This document shows, piece by piece, positions 45,772-54,101 of a DNA stretch of 54,101 nt. A model generated the notes under the pieces. It worked only from the letters and a program-made list of their open reading frames with translations. It made no database searches and had not been told where the DNA came from. Source of the stretch: Betaproteobacteria bacterium. GTDB lineage: Bacteria; Pseudomonadota; Gammaproteobacteria; Burkholderiales; SG8-39. Within the stretch, counting starts at the first letter, position 1; every line of letters starts with the position of its first letter. The stretch lies in NCBI GenBank assembly GCA_016868105.1, contig VGIA01000003.1, positions 1 to 54,101 of the forward strand, written 5' to 3'. The translations under genes were made by a program, and so were the position numbers.

Positions 45772-46827
45772 ATGCCCGACATCGACAGCATCGTCGCCCG
45801 CGCCGAGGCGGAGTTCGCCGCGGCGGCGGATGCCGCCGCGCTGGAGAACGCGAAGGCGCGCTACCTGGGCAAGGCGGGCGAGCTAACCGCCCTGCTGAAG
45901 CAACTGGGCGCGGCCGCGCCCGAGGAGCGCAAGCGCCAGGGTGCCGCGATCAACGACGCCAAGGCGCGCATCGAGGCTGCCCTGGAGGCGCGCCGAGCCG
46001 GCCTCGCCGAGGCCCGCCTCAATTCGCGCCTCGCCCAAGAGGCGCTCGACGTCACCCTGCCCGGCCGCGGCAGTTGCCGCGGCGGCCTGCACCCGATCAC
46101 CCGCGCCTGGCAGCGGGTCGAGACGATCTTCCGCAGCATCGGCTTCGAGGTCGCCGACGGCCCGGAGATCGAGAACGACTGGTACAACTTCACCGCGCTC
46201 AACAATCCGGAGAACCATCCCGCGCGCTCGATGCAGGACACGTTTTACGTCGACCTCAAGGATGGCAACGGAAAAGATGGCGGGCTTCCGCTTCTGCTGC
46301 GCACGCACACCAGCCCGATGCAGGTACGCTACGCGAGGATGTGGGCACAACGGCACCGCGGAGCCTCGCCGATGCCCGCGATCAAGGTGATCGCGCCGGG
46401 CCGCACCTACCGCGTCGACTCGGACGCGACCCACTCGCCTATGTTCCACCAGGTCGAGGGACTGTGGATCGACGAGGATGTGAGCTTCGCCGACTTGAAG
46501 GGCGTGTACGTGGACTTCCTGCGCCGCTTCTTCGAGTCAGACGAGCTGCAGGTCCGCTTCCGGCCGTCCTACTTCCCGTTCACCGAACCTTCCGCCGAGA
46601 TCGACCTGCAATTCGCCTCCGGCCCGCTCGAGGGCCGCTGGCTGGAATTGTCGGGCGCCGGCCAGGTGCACCCGCAGGTGGTGCGCAACTTCGGCCTCGA
46701 CCCGGAAAAGTACATCGGCTTCGCCTTCGGCTCGGGCCTGGAGCGCCTGACCATGCTGCGCTACGGCATCGATGACCTGCGGCTGTTCTTCGACGGCGAC
46801 CTGCGCTTCCTGAGGCAGTTCAACTGA
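45772..46827 (+). CDS. pheS: Phenylalanine--tRNA ligase alpha subunit
   Basis: [31 protein letters not shown]. Confidence 0.97.
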   Translation: MPDIDSIVARAEAEFAAAADAAALENAKARYLGKAGELTALLKQLGAAAPEERKRQGAAINDAKARIEAALEARRAGLAEARLNSRLAQEALDVTLPGRGSCRGGLHPITRAWQRVETIFRSIGFEVADGPEIENDWYNFTALNNPENHPARSMQDTFYVDLKDGNGKDGGLPLLLRTHTSPMQVRYARMWAQRHRGASPMPAIKVIAPGRTYRVDSDATHSPMFHQVEGLWIDEDVSFADLKGVYVDFLRRFFESDELQVRFRPSYFPFTEPSAEIDLQFASGPLEGRWLELSGAGQVHPQVVRNFGLDPEKYIGFAFGSGLERLTMLRYGIDDLRLFFDGDLRFLRQFN

Positions 46828-46846
46828 GCGCGAGCGCGAACCTTTC

Positions 46847-49228
46847 ATGATCGTCCCCGAGTACTGGCTGCGCGATTTCGTCGACTGGTCCATGCCCATG
46901 GACCGGCTGGCGCGCGAGCTCACCATGGCCGGACTCGAGGTCGAGGCCTGCGAGCCGGTGGCGCCGCCGCTGCCGGGGGTGGTGGTCGGCGAGGTGCTGT
47001 CGGTGGCGCGCCACCCGGAGGCAAACAAGCTGAGCGTCTGCAGCGTGAACGCCGGCGGCAAGCCGGTGCAGGTGGTGTGTGGCGCGCCCAACGTGCGCGC
47101 CGGCATGAAGGCGCCCCTCGCGCTGCCGGGCGCGAAACTGGGCGGGCGCGAGATCAAGGCCGCTGCGCTGCGCGGCGTGGCGAGCAACGGCATGCTGTGC
47201 TCGGCCCTTGAACTGGGCCTGTCCGAGGACCAGGCCGGGCTGCTCGAGCTGCCGGCCGCGGCGCGGCCGGGCAGCGGCGTGCGCGAGGCGCTGGCGCTGG
47301 AGGAGCGCTTGCTGAGCCTGAAGCTCACGCCCAACCGCGGCGACTGCCTGTCCGTGCTTGGCGTGGCGCGCGAAGTTGCCGCGCTTACCGGCGCCAAGCT
47401 GAAGGCCCACGCGCCCAAGCCGGTGGCAGCCAAGGGCAAGGCGAAGCACCCGTTGCGCATCACCGACGCCGAGGGCTGCGGCCGCTTCGCGGGACGCGTG
47501 ATCCGCGGCGTGGACGCGGCGGCGCCGACACCGGACTGGATGCGCCGGAGGCTGGAGCGCGCCGGGCAGCGCTCCATCTCCGCGCTGGTGGACGTGACCA
47601 ACTACGTGATGCTCGAGCTCGGCCGCCCGCTGCACGTCTACGACCAGGACAAGCTCTCGGGCGCGATAGACGTGCGCTGGGGCCGCGCCGGCGAGAAGGT
47701 GCTGCTGCTCAACGGCCAGCAGGTCGAGGTGGACAGCTCGGTGCTGTGCATCACCGACGACTCCGGCCCGATCGGGCTGGCCGGGATCATGGGCGGGGAG
47801 AGCACCAAGGCCGAGACCACGACCCGGAACCTGTTCCTCGAATCGGCGTTCTTCTTCCCCGGGGCCATCGCCGGGCGCGCGCGGCGCTACGGCTTCTCCA
47901 GCGACGCCTCGCACCGCTTCGAGCGCGGCGTGGACTTCGAGAGCAACGTCCCGGGCATCGAGCGCGCCACGAAGCTGATCCTGGAGATCTGCGGCGGCGA
48001 GCCCGGCCCGACGGTGGACCTGGTCAAGCGCCTGCCGAAGCGAAAGCCGGTGCGCATGCGCGTCGCGCGCGCGCAAAAAGTGATCGGCATGCCGATCCGG
48101 AAGACCGAGATGGCGGCGGTGTTCAAGCGGCTGGGACTGCCGGCGAGGCACAAATCCGGATCCTTCACGGTGCAGCCGCCGTCGTTCCGCTTCGACCTCG
48201 AGATCGAGGAAGACCTGATCGAGGAAGTCGCCAGGATCCATGGTTTCGAGAACATCCCCGCGAATCCTCCGCGCGGGCCGGCGAAGATGGCGGCGCTGCC
48301 CGAGGCGAGGCGCAGCCTGCACGCGGTGCGCGAACGCCTCGCCGCGCGCGACTACCAGGAGACGATCAACTTCGCCTTCGTCGAGCCGGCGTGGGAGGCG
48401 GATTTCGCCGGCAACGCCCACCCGGTGCGCCTGCTCAACCCGATTGCCAGCCACGCCTCGGTCATGCGCAGCACGCTGCTGGGCTCGCTGGTGGCGAACA
48501 TTCGCGCCAACCATGCCCGCAGGCTCGCGCGCATCCGCGTCTTCGAGGTGGGTCGGGTCTACCTGCGCGAGCCTTCGGCCAAGGACGGGCCCCTGGAGGT
48601 GGCCGGCCTGCGCCAGCCCGTACGCGTCGCCGCGGCCGCCTTCGGGCCGGCGCTGGAGGAGCAGTGGGGAACCCCGGCGCGGGCGGTGGATTTCTTCGAC
48701 CTCAAGGCCGACCTGGAGGCGCTGCTCGCGCCGCGGCTGGCGCGCTTCGAGGCCGCCGCGCATCCGGCGCTGCACCCCGGGCGCGCGGCGCGCGTGTTGC
48801 TCGAGGGCGCCCCGGTGGGCTGGCTGGGCGAGTTGCATCCCCGCTGGCAGCAGAAATACGAGTTGCCCCAGCCGCCGGTCCTGTTCGAGGTGGAGGCGGC
48901 AAGCCTCACCGAGGCGCCCCTGCCACGGCCGACCCATTGCTCCCGGTTGCCGCCGGTGATCCGGGACATCGCCCTCCTGGTGGACACCGAGGTGTCGGTC
49001 CAGGCCCTGCTGGATTCGGTCCGAGAGGTCGAACTGCCCATCGTCCAGGGGGTCCGCCTGTTCGATTTTTACCAGGGCCCGAACCTGCCACCGGGGAAGA
49101 AAAGCCTTGCGTTCCGTGTAGTTATGCAAGACACTGAACGAACCCTCACGGATGCGGAGGCCGATTCGGCGCGGCAGGCGCTGGTCGAGCTGTGGGGTCG
49201 CCGTTTCGCTGCCCAGCAACGCGCATAA
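46847..49228 (+). CDS. pheT: Phenylalanine--tRNA ligase beta subunit
   Basis: CGAPN, TPNRGDCLS, RFERGVD, DLIEEVAR, KSLAF. Confidence 0.97.
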   Translation: MIVPEYWLRDFVDWSMPMDRLARELTMAGLEVEACEPVAPPLPGVVVGEVLSVARHPEANKLSVCSVNAGGKPVQVVCGAPNVRAGMKAPLALPGAKLGGREIKAAALRGVASNGMLCSALELGLSEDQAGLLELPAAARPGSGVREALALEERLLSLKLTPNRGDCLSVLGVAREVAALTGAKLKAHAPKPVAAKGKAKHPLRITDAEGCGRFAGRVIRGVDAAAPTPDWMRRRLERAGQRSISALVDVTNYVMLELGRPLHVYDQDKLSGAIDVRWGRAGEKVLLLNGQQVEVDSSVLCITDDSGPIGLAGIMGGESTKAETTTRNLFLESAFFFPGAIAGRARRYGFSSDASHRFERGVDFESNVPGIERATKLILEICGGEPGPTVDLVKRLPKRKPVRMRVARAQKVIGMPIRKTEMAAVFKRLGLPARHKSGSFTVQPPSFRFDLEIEEDLIEEVARIHGFENIPANPPRGPAKMAALPEARRSLHAVRERLAARDYQETINFAFVEPAWEADFAGNAHPVRLLNPIASHASVMRSTLLGSLVANIRANHARRLARIRVFEVGRVYLREPSAKDGPLEVAGLRQPVRVAAAAFGPALEEQWGTPARAVDFFDLKADLEALLAPRLARFEAAAHPALHPGRAARVLLEGAPVGWLGELHPRWQQKYELPQPPVLFEVEAASLTEAPLPRPTHCSRLPPVIRDIALLVDTEVSVQALLDSVREVELPIVQGVRLFDFYQGPNLPPGKKSLAFRVVMQDTERTLTDAEADSARQALVELWGRRFAAQQRA

Positions 49229-49262
49229 AAAGTAAAATTATTAGATCTATCATGGAGTTGCA

Positions 49263-49574
49263 ATGACTCTGACCAAGGCCGAACTGGCTGACCTGCTGTT
49301 CGAGAAGATCGGGCTGAACAAGCGCGAGGCCAAGGACATGGTGGAGGCGTTCTTTGAGGAAATCCGCGGTGCGCTCGAGCGTGGCGAGAGCGTGAAGCTG
49401 TCGGGTTTCGGCAACTTCCAGTTGCGCGACAAGCCGCAGCGCCCCGGCCGCAATCCGAAAACCGGCGAGGAGATCCCGATCAGTGCCCGCCGGGTGGTCA
49501 CCTTCCACGCCAGCCAGAAACTGAAAGCCATGGTCGAGAAGTCGCGCCATGGAGCCAAGCAGCAGGAAAACTGA
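49263..49574 (+). CDS. ihfA: Integration host factor alpha
   Basis: LTKAELA...SGFGNF...[10 protein letters not shown]. Confidence 0.97.
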   Translation: MTLTKAELADLLFEKIGLNKREAKDMVEAFFEEIRGALERGESVKLSGFGNFQLRDKPQRPGRNPKTGEEIPISARRVVTFHASQKLKAMVEKSRHGAKQQEN

Positions 49575-49950
49575 ACTACCGCCGATCCCTGCCAAGCGCT
49601 ACTTCACCATCGGTGAAGTGAGCGAGCTGTGCGGGGTGAAGCCGCACGTCCTGCGCTATTGGGAGCAGGAGTTCACGCAGTTGAAACCGGTCAAGCGCCG
49701 CGGCAACCGGCGCTACTACCAGCACCATGAGGTGCTGCTTATCCGCCGCATCCGCGAGCTGCTGTACGAGGCAGGGTTCACCATCAGCGGCGCCCGCCAC
49801 CGGCTCGATCACGGCGCCGGCGGGGACGACAGGTCCGAGCTGGTCGCGCGCCCGTCGCGCGCCGCCGCCGCCAGCGGCGCGGCGCCGCTGGCCGACCTGT
49901 TCGCGCTCAAGCGCGAGCTGAAGGATCTGCTGGAGGTCCTGCGTGCCTGA
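49549..49950 (+). CDS. MerR-family transcriptional regulator
   Basis: [10 protein letters not shown]...[10 protein letters not shown]; conserved position between ihfA and tRNA-Pro. Confidence 0.93.
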   Translation: MEPSSRKTELPPIPAKRYFTIGEVSELCGVKPHVLRYWEQEFTQLKPVKRRGNRRYYQHHEVLLIRRIRELLYEAGFTISGARHRLDHGAGGDDRSELVARPSRAAAASGAAPLADLFALKRELKDLLEVLRA

Positions 49951-49972
49951 TGTCCTGTAAAATTGCGCTGTT

Positions 49973-50051
<79 letters not shown>

Positions 50052-50097
50052 TATCTCAAGCACCAAAAAGGGCAGGTGGCGGTTACATGCGCCGGCC

Positions 50098-51285
50098 TCA
50101 GTCCACCTTCGCCCCGCCGCGCACCCAGCGATCGAGCAGGGCGCGCTCCTGCGGCGTAATACCGGTGATGTTGCCCGGCGGCATCGCCCCGGAGAGCACC
50201 GTCTGCTGGTGAATCATCCTCGCCTGGAGGCGGACGCGCTCCGGCGCATCCAGCACCACGCCCTTCGGCGGCTCCGCCATGCCCTGGAAGGTGGGTTTTG
50301 CGGCGTGGCAGGAAACGCAGCGCAGCTCCATCACGCGCTGCACCTCGGCGTACTTCACCGCCGCCCCATCGTCTATGGAACGGGGCGAGAGCAGCACCGC
50401 GACCGCGAGCAGGACCGCGATGCCTGAGGCCAGCGGCCAGGCCGGGGCCCCGCCCTTGTGGCGCAGCACGAACCAGACCCGGATCAGGGCGCCGGAGACG
50501 GTGAGCGCCACCAGCACCAGCCAGTTCCAGCGGCTGCCGAAGGTCATGGCGTAGTGGCTGGAAATCATCACGAACAGGACCGGCAGGGTGAAGTAGGTGT
50601 TGTGCACGCTGCGCTGCTTGCCGGCGGCGGCGTGCCTCGGATCGGGCTCGCGGCCTTCCTGCTTCGCCCGCACCAGCTCGCGCTGCCCGGGAATGATGAC
50701 GTGGGCGACGTTGCCGACCATGATGGTGCCGAGAATGGCGCCGTAGTGGATGTAGGCGCCGCGGCCGCTGAAGACCAGGGTCAGGCCCCAGGCGGCGATT
50801 GCAAGCAGCACGAACAGCACGCCGGCGAGCGCTGCATCGTTGCGCCCCAGCGGCGAGCGGCACAGGACTTCGTAGAGGGCGAGGCCGGCCACCAGGCTGG
50901 CAAGGCCGATGCCGACCGCCTGCGCCCTCGACAGCGCCAGGACGGCCGGGTCCACCAGGTAGGTCTCGGCGTTGAGGTAGTAGATCAGCACCAGCAGCGC
51001 GAAGCCGGTGATCCAGGTCCAGTAGGCTTCCCACTTGAACCAGTGCAGGCGCTCGGGCAGCGCGGGCGGCGCCAGGTGGTACTTCTGCGCGTGGTAGAAG
51101 CCGCCGCCGTGCACCGCCCAGAGCTCGCCGGCGACGCCGCGCTCTCGATCCTGCGCACCCCTGGGGTCCTCCAGCGAGTTGTCCAGCCAGATGAAGTAGA
51201 GCGAGGCTCCGATCCAGGCGATGCCCACCACCAGGTGCGCCCAGCGCAGCAGCAGGCTCAGCCAGTCGAGGAGATAGGCCTGCAT
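50098..51285 (-). CDS. puuD: Membrane urate hydroxylase with C-terminal cytochrome c
   Basis: RWAHLVVGIAWIG, VHGGGFY, LHWFKWE, HNTYFTLPV, CVSCH heme motif; ATG at 51285. Confidence 0.9.
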   Translation of the reverse strand: MQAYLLDWLSLLLRWAHLVVGIAWIGASLYFIWLDNSLEDPRGAQDRERGVAGELWAVHGGGFYHAQKYHLAPPALPERLHWFKWEAYWTWITGFALLVLIYYLNAETYLVDPAVLALSRAQAVGIGLASLVAGLALYEVLCRSPLGRNDAALAGVLFVLLAIAAWGLTLVFSGRGAYIHYGAILGTIMVGNVAHVIIPGQRELVRAKQEGREPDPRHAAAGKQRSVHNTYFTLPVLFVMISSHYAMTFGSRWNWLVLVALTVSGALIRVWFVLRHKGGAPAWPLASGIAVLLAVAVLLSPRSIDDGAAVKYAEVQRVMELRCVSCHAAKPTFQGMAEPPKGVVLDAPERVRLQARMIHQQTVLSGAMPPGNITGITPQERALLDRWVRGGAKVD

Positions 51286-51301
51286 CAGCGCGCCATGCGA
51301 T

Positions 51302-51655
51302 TCAGCTGCCCCGGTAGGTCGAATAGCTCCAGGGCGTGCACAGCAGCGGGAGGTGGAAGTTCGCCGACGCGTCAGCGATGCCAAAGCGCAGCGGCACCCG
51401 GTCAAGGAACGGCGGCTCGGGCAGGCGCCGGCCCTGTGCGCGGAAGAAGTCCGCCACGTGGAACTGCAGCCGGTACTGTCCCGGGACGAATGCTGCGCCC
51501 TCCAGGAGCGGTGCGTCGGTGCGTCCGTCGCCGTTGGTGGTCGCCGACTTCAGCGCGCGCCAGCGTTCGCCCTCGAGAATCGAAACCTCGATGCGCATGC
51601 CCGCGGCCGGCTTGCCCGACGAGGTATCGAGGACATGGGTGGTGAGCTTGCCCAT
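51302..51655 (-). CDS. uraH: 5-hydroxyisourate hydrolase
   Basis: LTTHVLD, TNGDGR, C-terminal YRGS. Confidence 0.95.
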   Translation of the reverse strand: MGKLTTHVLDTSSGKPAAGMRIEVSILEGERWRALKSATTNGDGRTDAPLLEGAAFVPGQYRLQFHVADFFRAQGRRLPEPPFLDRVPLRFGIADASANFHLPLLCTPWSYSTYRGS

Positions 51656-52195
51656 TCAGAGCTCCGCGACCGGCCGGATCATCTGCTCCAGGCGGTGGCG
51701 TGCGATGTGGCCGATCTGCTCCAGCGCGAGCGCGATCTCCGCCTCGGTGTCGTTGCCGGCGCGGCGCTCCATCTCGGCCAGCACGCTGTCGCGCGACGCA
51801 TGCAGCTTGAGCGCCACGATGCAGGGCATGCGGTGGCGCTCCCGGTAGCGGCGGTTGAGCGCGCCGATGCGCCCGAACTCGGCGCGGCCGAGCCTGTCCA
51901 GGCCGAGGCGCGCCTGTTCGCCCGTGGAGTGCGGACTCATCCGGCCTGCAACCGCCTCCTGGCCGGCCAGGTCCGGGTGCGCGCGGATGAGCGCGAGCTG
52001 CGCCTGGCGCGGCGCCGCGGTCACCACGGCCTGCATCGCCGCGACCAGCGCGGCGCGGTTCTCGAACGGTCGTTTCGCGAGGGCGCATTCCGCCACCCAG
52101 GGGGAATGCTCGTAGACCTCGCCGAAGGCCTCGACAAAGGCGAGGCGGTCCATGCGGTTGATCGCGCCCAGGGAAAGGTTCGCTGCGGAGCCCAT
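51656..52195 (-). CDS. uraD: OHCU decarboxylase
   Basis: YEHSPWVA, AHPDLA, STGEQ; in the urate cluster. Confidence 0.92.
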   Translation of the reverse strand: MGSAANLSLGAINRMDRLAFVEAFGEVYEHSPWVAECALAKRPFENRAALVAAMQAVVTAAPRQAQLALIRAHPDLAGQEAVAGRMSPHSTGEQARLGLDRLGRAEFGRIGALNRRYRERHRMPCIVALKLHASRDSVLAEMERRAGNDTEAEIALALEQIGHIARHRLEQMIRPVAEL

Positions 52196-52206
52196 CTGCG
52201 CCGCTT

Positions 52207-52214
52207 AGTATACT
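52207..52214. promoter_or_regulatory. Palindrome AGTATACT giving TATACT on both strands in the 29-bp uraD/puuE gap
   Basis: Only AT-rich element between two divergent starts. Confidence 0.55.
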
Positions 52215-52224
52215 GGCGGGCACC

Positions 52225-53139
52225 ATGCCCACCAGCTATCCGCGCGACCTCGTCGGCTACGGCGTCCAGCCGCCGGAGGTGAAATGGCCCGGCGGCGCGC
52301 GCATCGCGTTGCAGTGCGTGCTCAATTACGAAGAGGGCGCCGAGAACTCGGTCCTGCACGGCGACCCGGCGAGCGAGGCCTTCCTGTCTGAAATCGTGGC
52401 CGCGCAGCCGATCGCCGGCATGCGCCACATCTCGATGGAATCGATCTACGAATACGGCTCCCGTGCCGGCGTCTGGCGCCTGCTGCGGCTGTTCCGTAGC
52501 TATGAGCTTCCGCTCACGGTGTTCGGCGTGGCAATGGCGCTGGAGCGCAACCCCGCGGTGGTAGAGGCGTTCCTGGAGGCCAAGCACGAGATTGCGAGCC
52601 ACGGCTGGCGCTGGATCAACTACCAGCACGTGCCGCCCGAGGTGGAGCGCGAGCACATGCAGCGCGCAATCGAAATCCAGCAACGGCTGACCGGCGCGCG
52701 GCCGCTGGGCTGGTACACCGGCCGCACCAGCCCGAACACCCGCCGCCTGGTGGTGGAGGAAGGCGGCTTCCTCTACGATGCGGACGATTATTCCGACGAC
52801 CTGCCGTTCTACGACGCCAGGCACGGCCGGCCGCAGCTGGTGGTGCCCTACACGCTGGACGCCAACGACATGCGGTTCGCCTCGCCGCAGGGCTTCAATT
52901 CCGGCGAGCAGTTCTACCGGTACCTGAGGGATGCCTTCGACACGCTCTACGAGGAGGGCCGCAGCGCGCCCAAGATGATGTCGGTGGGCCTGCACTGCCG
53001 GCTGGTGGGGCGTCCGGGCCGGATCGCCGCGCTGGAGCGGTTCCTCAAATACGCCACCGGCAAGCCGAGGGTATGGTGCGCGCGGCGCATCGATATCGCG
53101 CGGCACTGGCTCAAGCACCACCCCTGCGCCGCGGCCTAG
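52225..53139 (+). CDS. puuE: Allantoinase PuuE (polysaccharide deacetylase fold)
   Basis: YPRDLVGYG, NYEEGAE, ESIYEYGSRAG, SHGWRW, GLHCR. Confidence 0.95.
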   Translation: MPTSYPRDLVGYGVQPPEVKWPGGARIALQCVLNYEEGAENSVLHGDPASEAFLSEIVAAQPIAGMRHISMESIYEYGSRAGVWRLLRLFRSYELPLTVFGVAMALERNPAVVEAFLEAKHEIASHGWRWINYQHVPPEVEREHMQRAIEIQQRLTGARPLGWYTGRTSPNTRRLVVEEGGFLYDADDYSDDLPFYDARHGRPQLVVPYTLDANDMRFASPQGFNSGEQFYRYLRDAFDTLYEEGRSAPKMMSVGLHCRLVGRPGRIAALERFLKYATGKPRVWCARRIDIARHWLKHHPCAAA

Positions 53140-54101
53140 CGCCGCCGTTCGCCCCGCAGCACCTGCCGCAGGGCGGCGAAGGTTCGCCGCACCGCCGCAG
53201 GGCGCGCGTTGGCGCCCATGGCGCCGATGCGCCAGATTCTCCCCTGCAGCGGGCCGAAGGAAGTGCCGATCTCGATGTTGTGGCGCTCGAGCATCCGGCG
53301 GCGCACCCGCTCTCCATCGACGCCCTTCGGAATCCACACCCCGGTGACGTTGGGCATCTTGTGCGCAAGGTCGCCGTAGGGCTCCAGGTCGAGGCCGCGC
53401 AGGCCCGCGAGCACCAGGCGCGAGGCCGCGGCGTGGCGCGCGAAGGCGTGGTCCAGACCCTCGGCCAGCAGCAGGCGCCCGCACTCGCGCGCGGCGTACA
53501 GCATGCTGGTCGCCTCGGTGTGGTGATTGAGCGCCCGCGCCGACCAGTAGTCCATGATCATGGCCAGGTCGAAGTAGTTGGAGCGGATACGCGGGCCGCG
53601 ACCGGGCCGGTAGCCCTTCTTCTGCAGTCCCTGTTCGATGTGGCGGCGCCGGTAGATCGCGGCGGCGGCGCGGTCGCTGATCGTCATCGGCGCGATGCCC
53701 GAGGGCCCGCCGAGGCACTTCTGCAGCCCGGCGCTCACCACATCCAGGCCCCAGCGGTCCACCGGCAGCGGCATGCCCCCCAGCGTCGCGGTCGCGTCCA
53801 CGTAGCTGAAGGCGCCATGGCGCGCGCAGATGCGGCCGATTTCCGCCAGCGGCTGCGCCATGGTCGTGGAGGTGTCGCCCTGGCACGTGGCGAACAGCTT
53901 CGGGCGGTGCTTCTTCAGCGCGCGCTCGATGGCCTCCGGCGCGAAAACGGTTCCCCAGGGCGTCTCGATGGTCCTCACCACGGCGCCGCAGCGGCTGGCG
54001 ATCTCCGCCAGCAGGTGGCCGAAGCGCCCGAACACCGCCACCAGCACCTTGTCGCCGGGCTCGATCAGGGACACCAGCGCCGCCTCGATGCCGGCGCGCG
54101 C
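53136..54101 (-). CDS. pucG: Class V aminotransferase, PucG/alanine-glyoxylate type, 5'-truncated by window edge
   Basis: GRFGHLL, GDTSTT, GLQKCLGGP PLP-lysine, NHHTEATSM; next to puuE. Confidence 0.85.
   Translation of the reverse strand, partial: ARAGIEAALVSLIEPGDKVLVAVFGRFGHLLAEIASRCGAVVRTIETPWGTVFAPEAIERALKKHRPKLFATCQGDTSTTMAQPLAEIGRICARHGAFSYVDATATLGGMPLPVDRWGLDVVSAGLQKCLGGPSGIAPMTISDRAAAAIYRRRHIEQGLQKKGYRPGRGPRIRSNYFDLAMIMDYWSARALNHHTEATSMLYAARECGRLLLAEGLDHAFARHAAASRLVLAGLRGLDLEPYGDLAHKMPNVTGVWIPKGVDGERVRRRMLERHNIEIGTSFGPLQGRIWRIGAMGANARPAAVRRTFAALRQVLRGERRR

Overview
High-GC bacterial chromosome segment, most consistent with a betaproteobacterium (gene orders bamD/rluD-pgeF, phaC-phaA-phaB-phaB-phaR-rimO, recJ...prfB-lysS, lolC/E-lolD-DUF2062-comEC, relA-tRNA-Val-thrS-infC-rpmI-rplT-pheS-pheT-ihfA-merR-tRNA-Pro). 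It is mostly core genome: Fe3+ ABC uptake with a Fur box, a DinG/YoaA helicase, a PHA cluster, translation genes (prfB with its +1 frameshift, infC with an ATC start), photolyase and a urate/allantoin catabolism cluster. No CRISPR array, rRNA, intact transposase or prophage is visible. Five things stand out. (1) At least nine genes have a TANNNT -10 hexamer 5-8 nt before the start codon and no Shine-Dalgarno, several in very compact divergent pairs, which suggests widespread leaderless mRNAs from bidirectional promoters. (2) An orphan DpgC-like cofactor-independent dioxygenase is translationally coupled to photolyase. (3) A six-gene coupled run (DEDDh-GIY-YIG nuclease, hypothetical, recJ, exported methyltransferase, cyclophilin-like, KTSC) leads into prfB-lysS. 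(4) A decayed 3.3-kb islet sits in tRNA-Val(GAC), with a duplicated tRNA 3' half and IS3/IS91 remnants. (5) Several unannotated gene remnants occur (NlpC/P60, bktB, DUF427, glycine-zipper, alpha/beta hydrolase), some with internal deletions. All family calls come from recognising motifs by eye; no searches were run.
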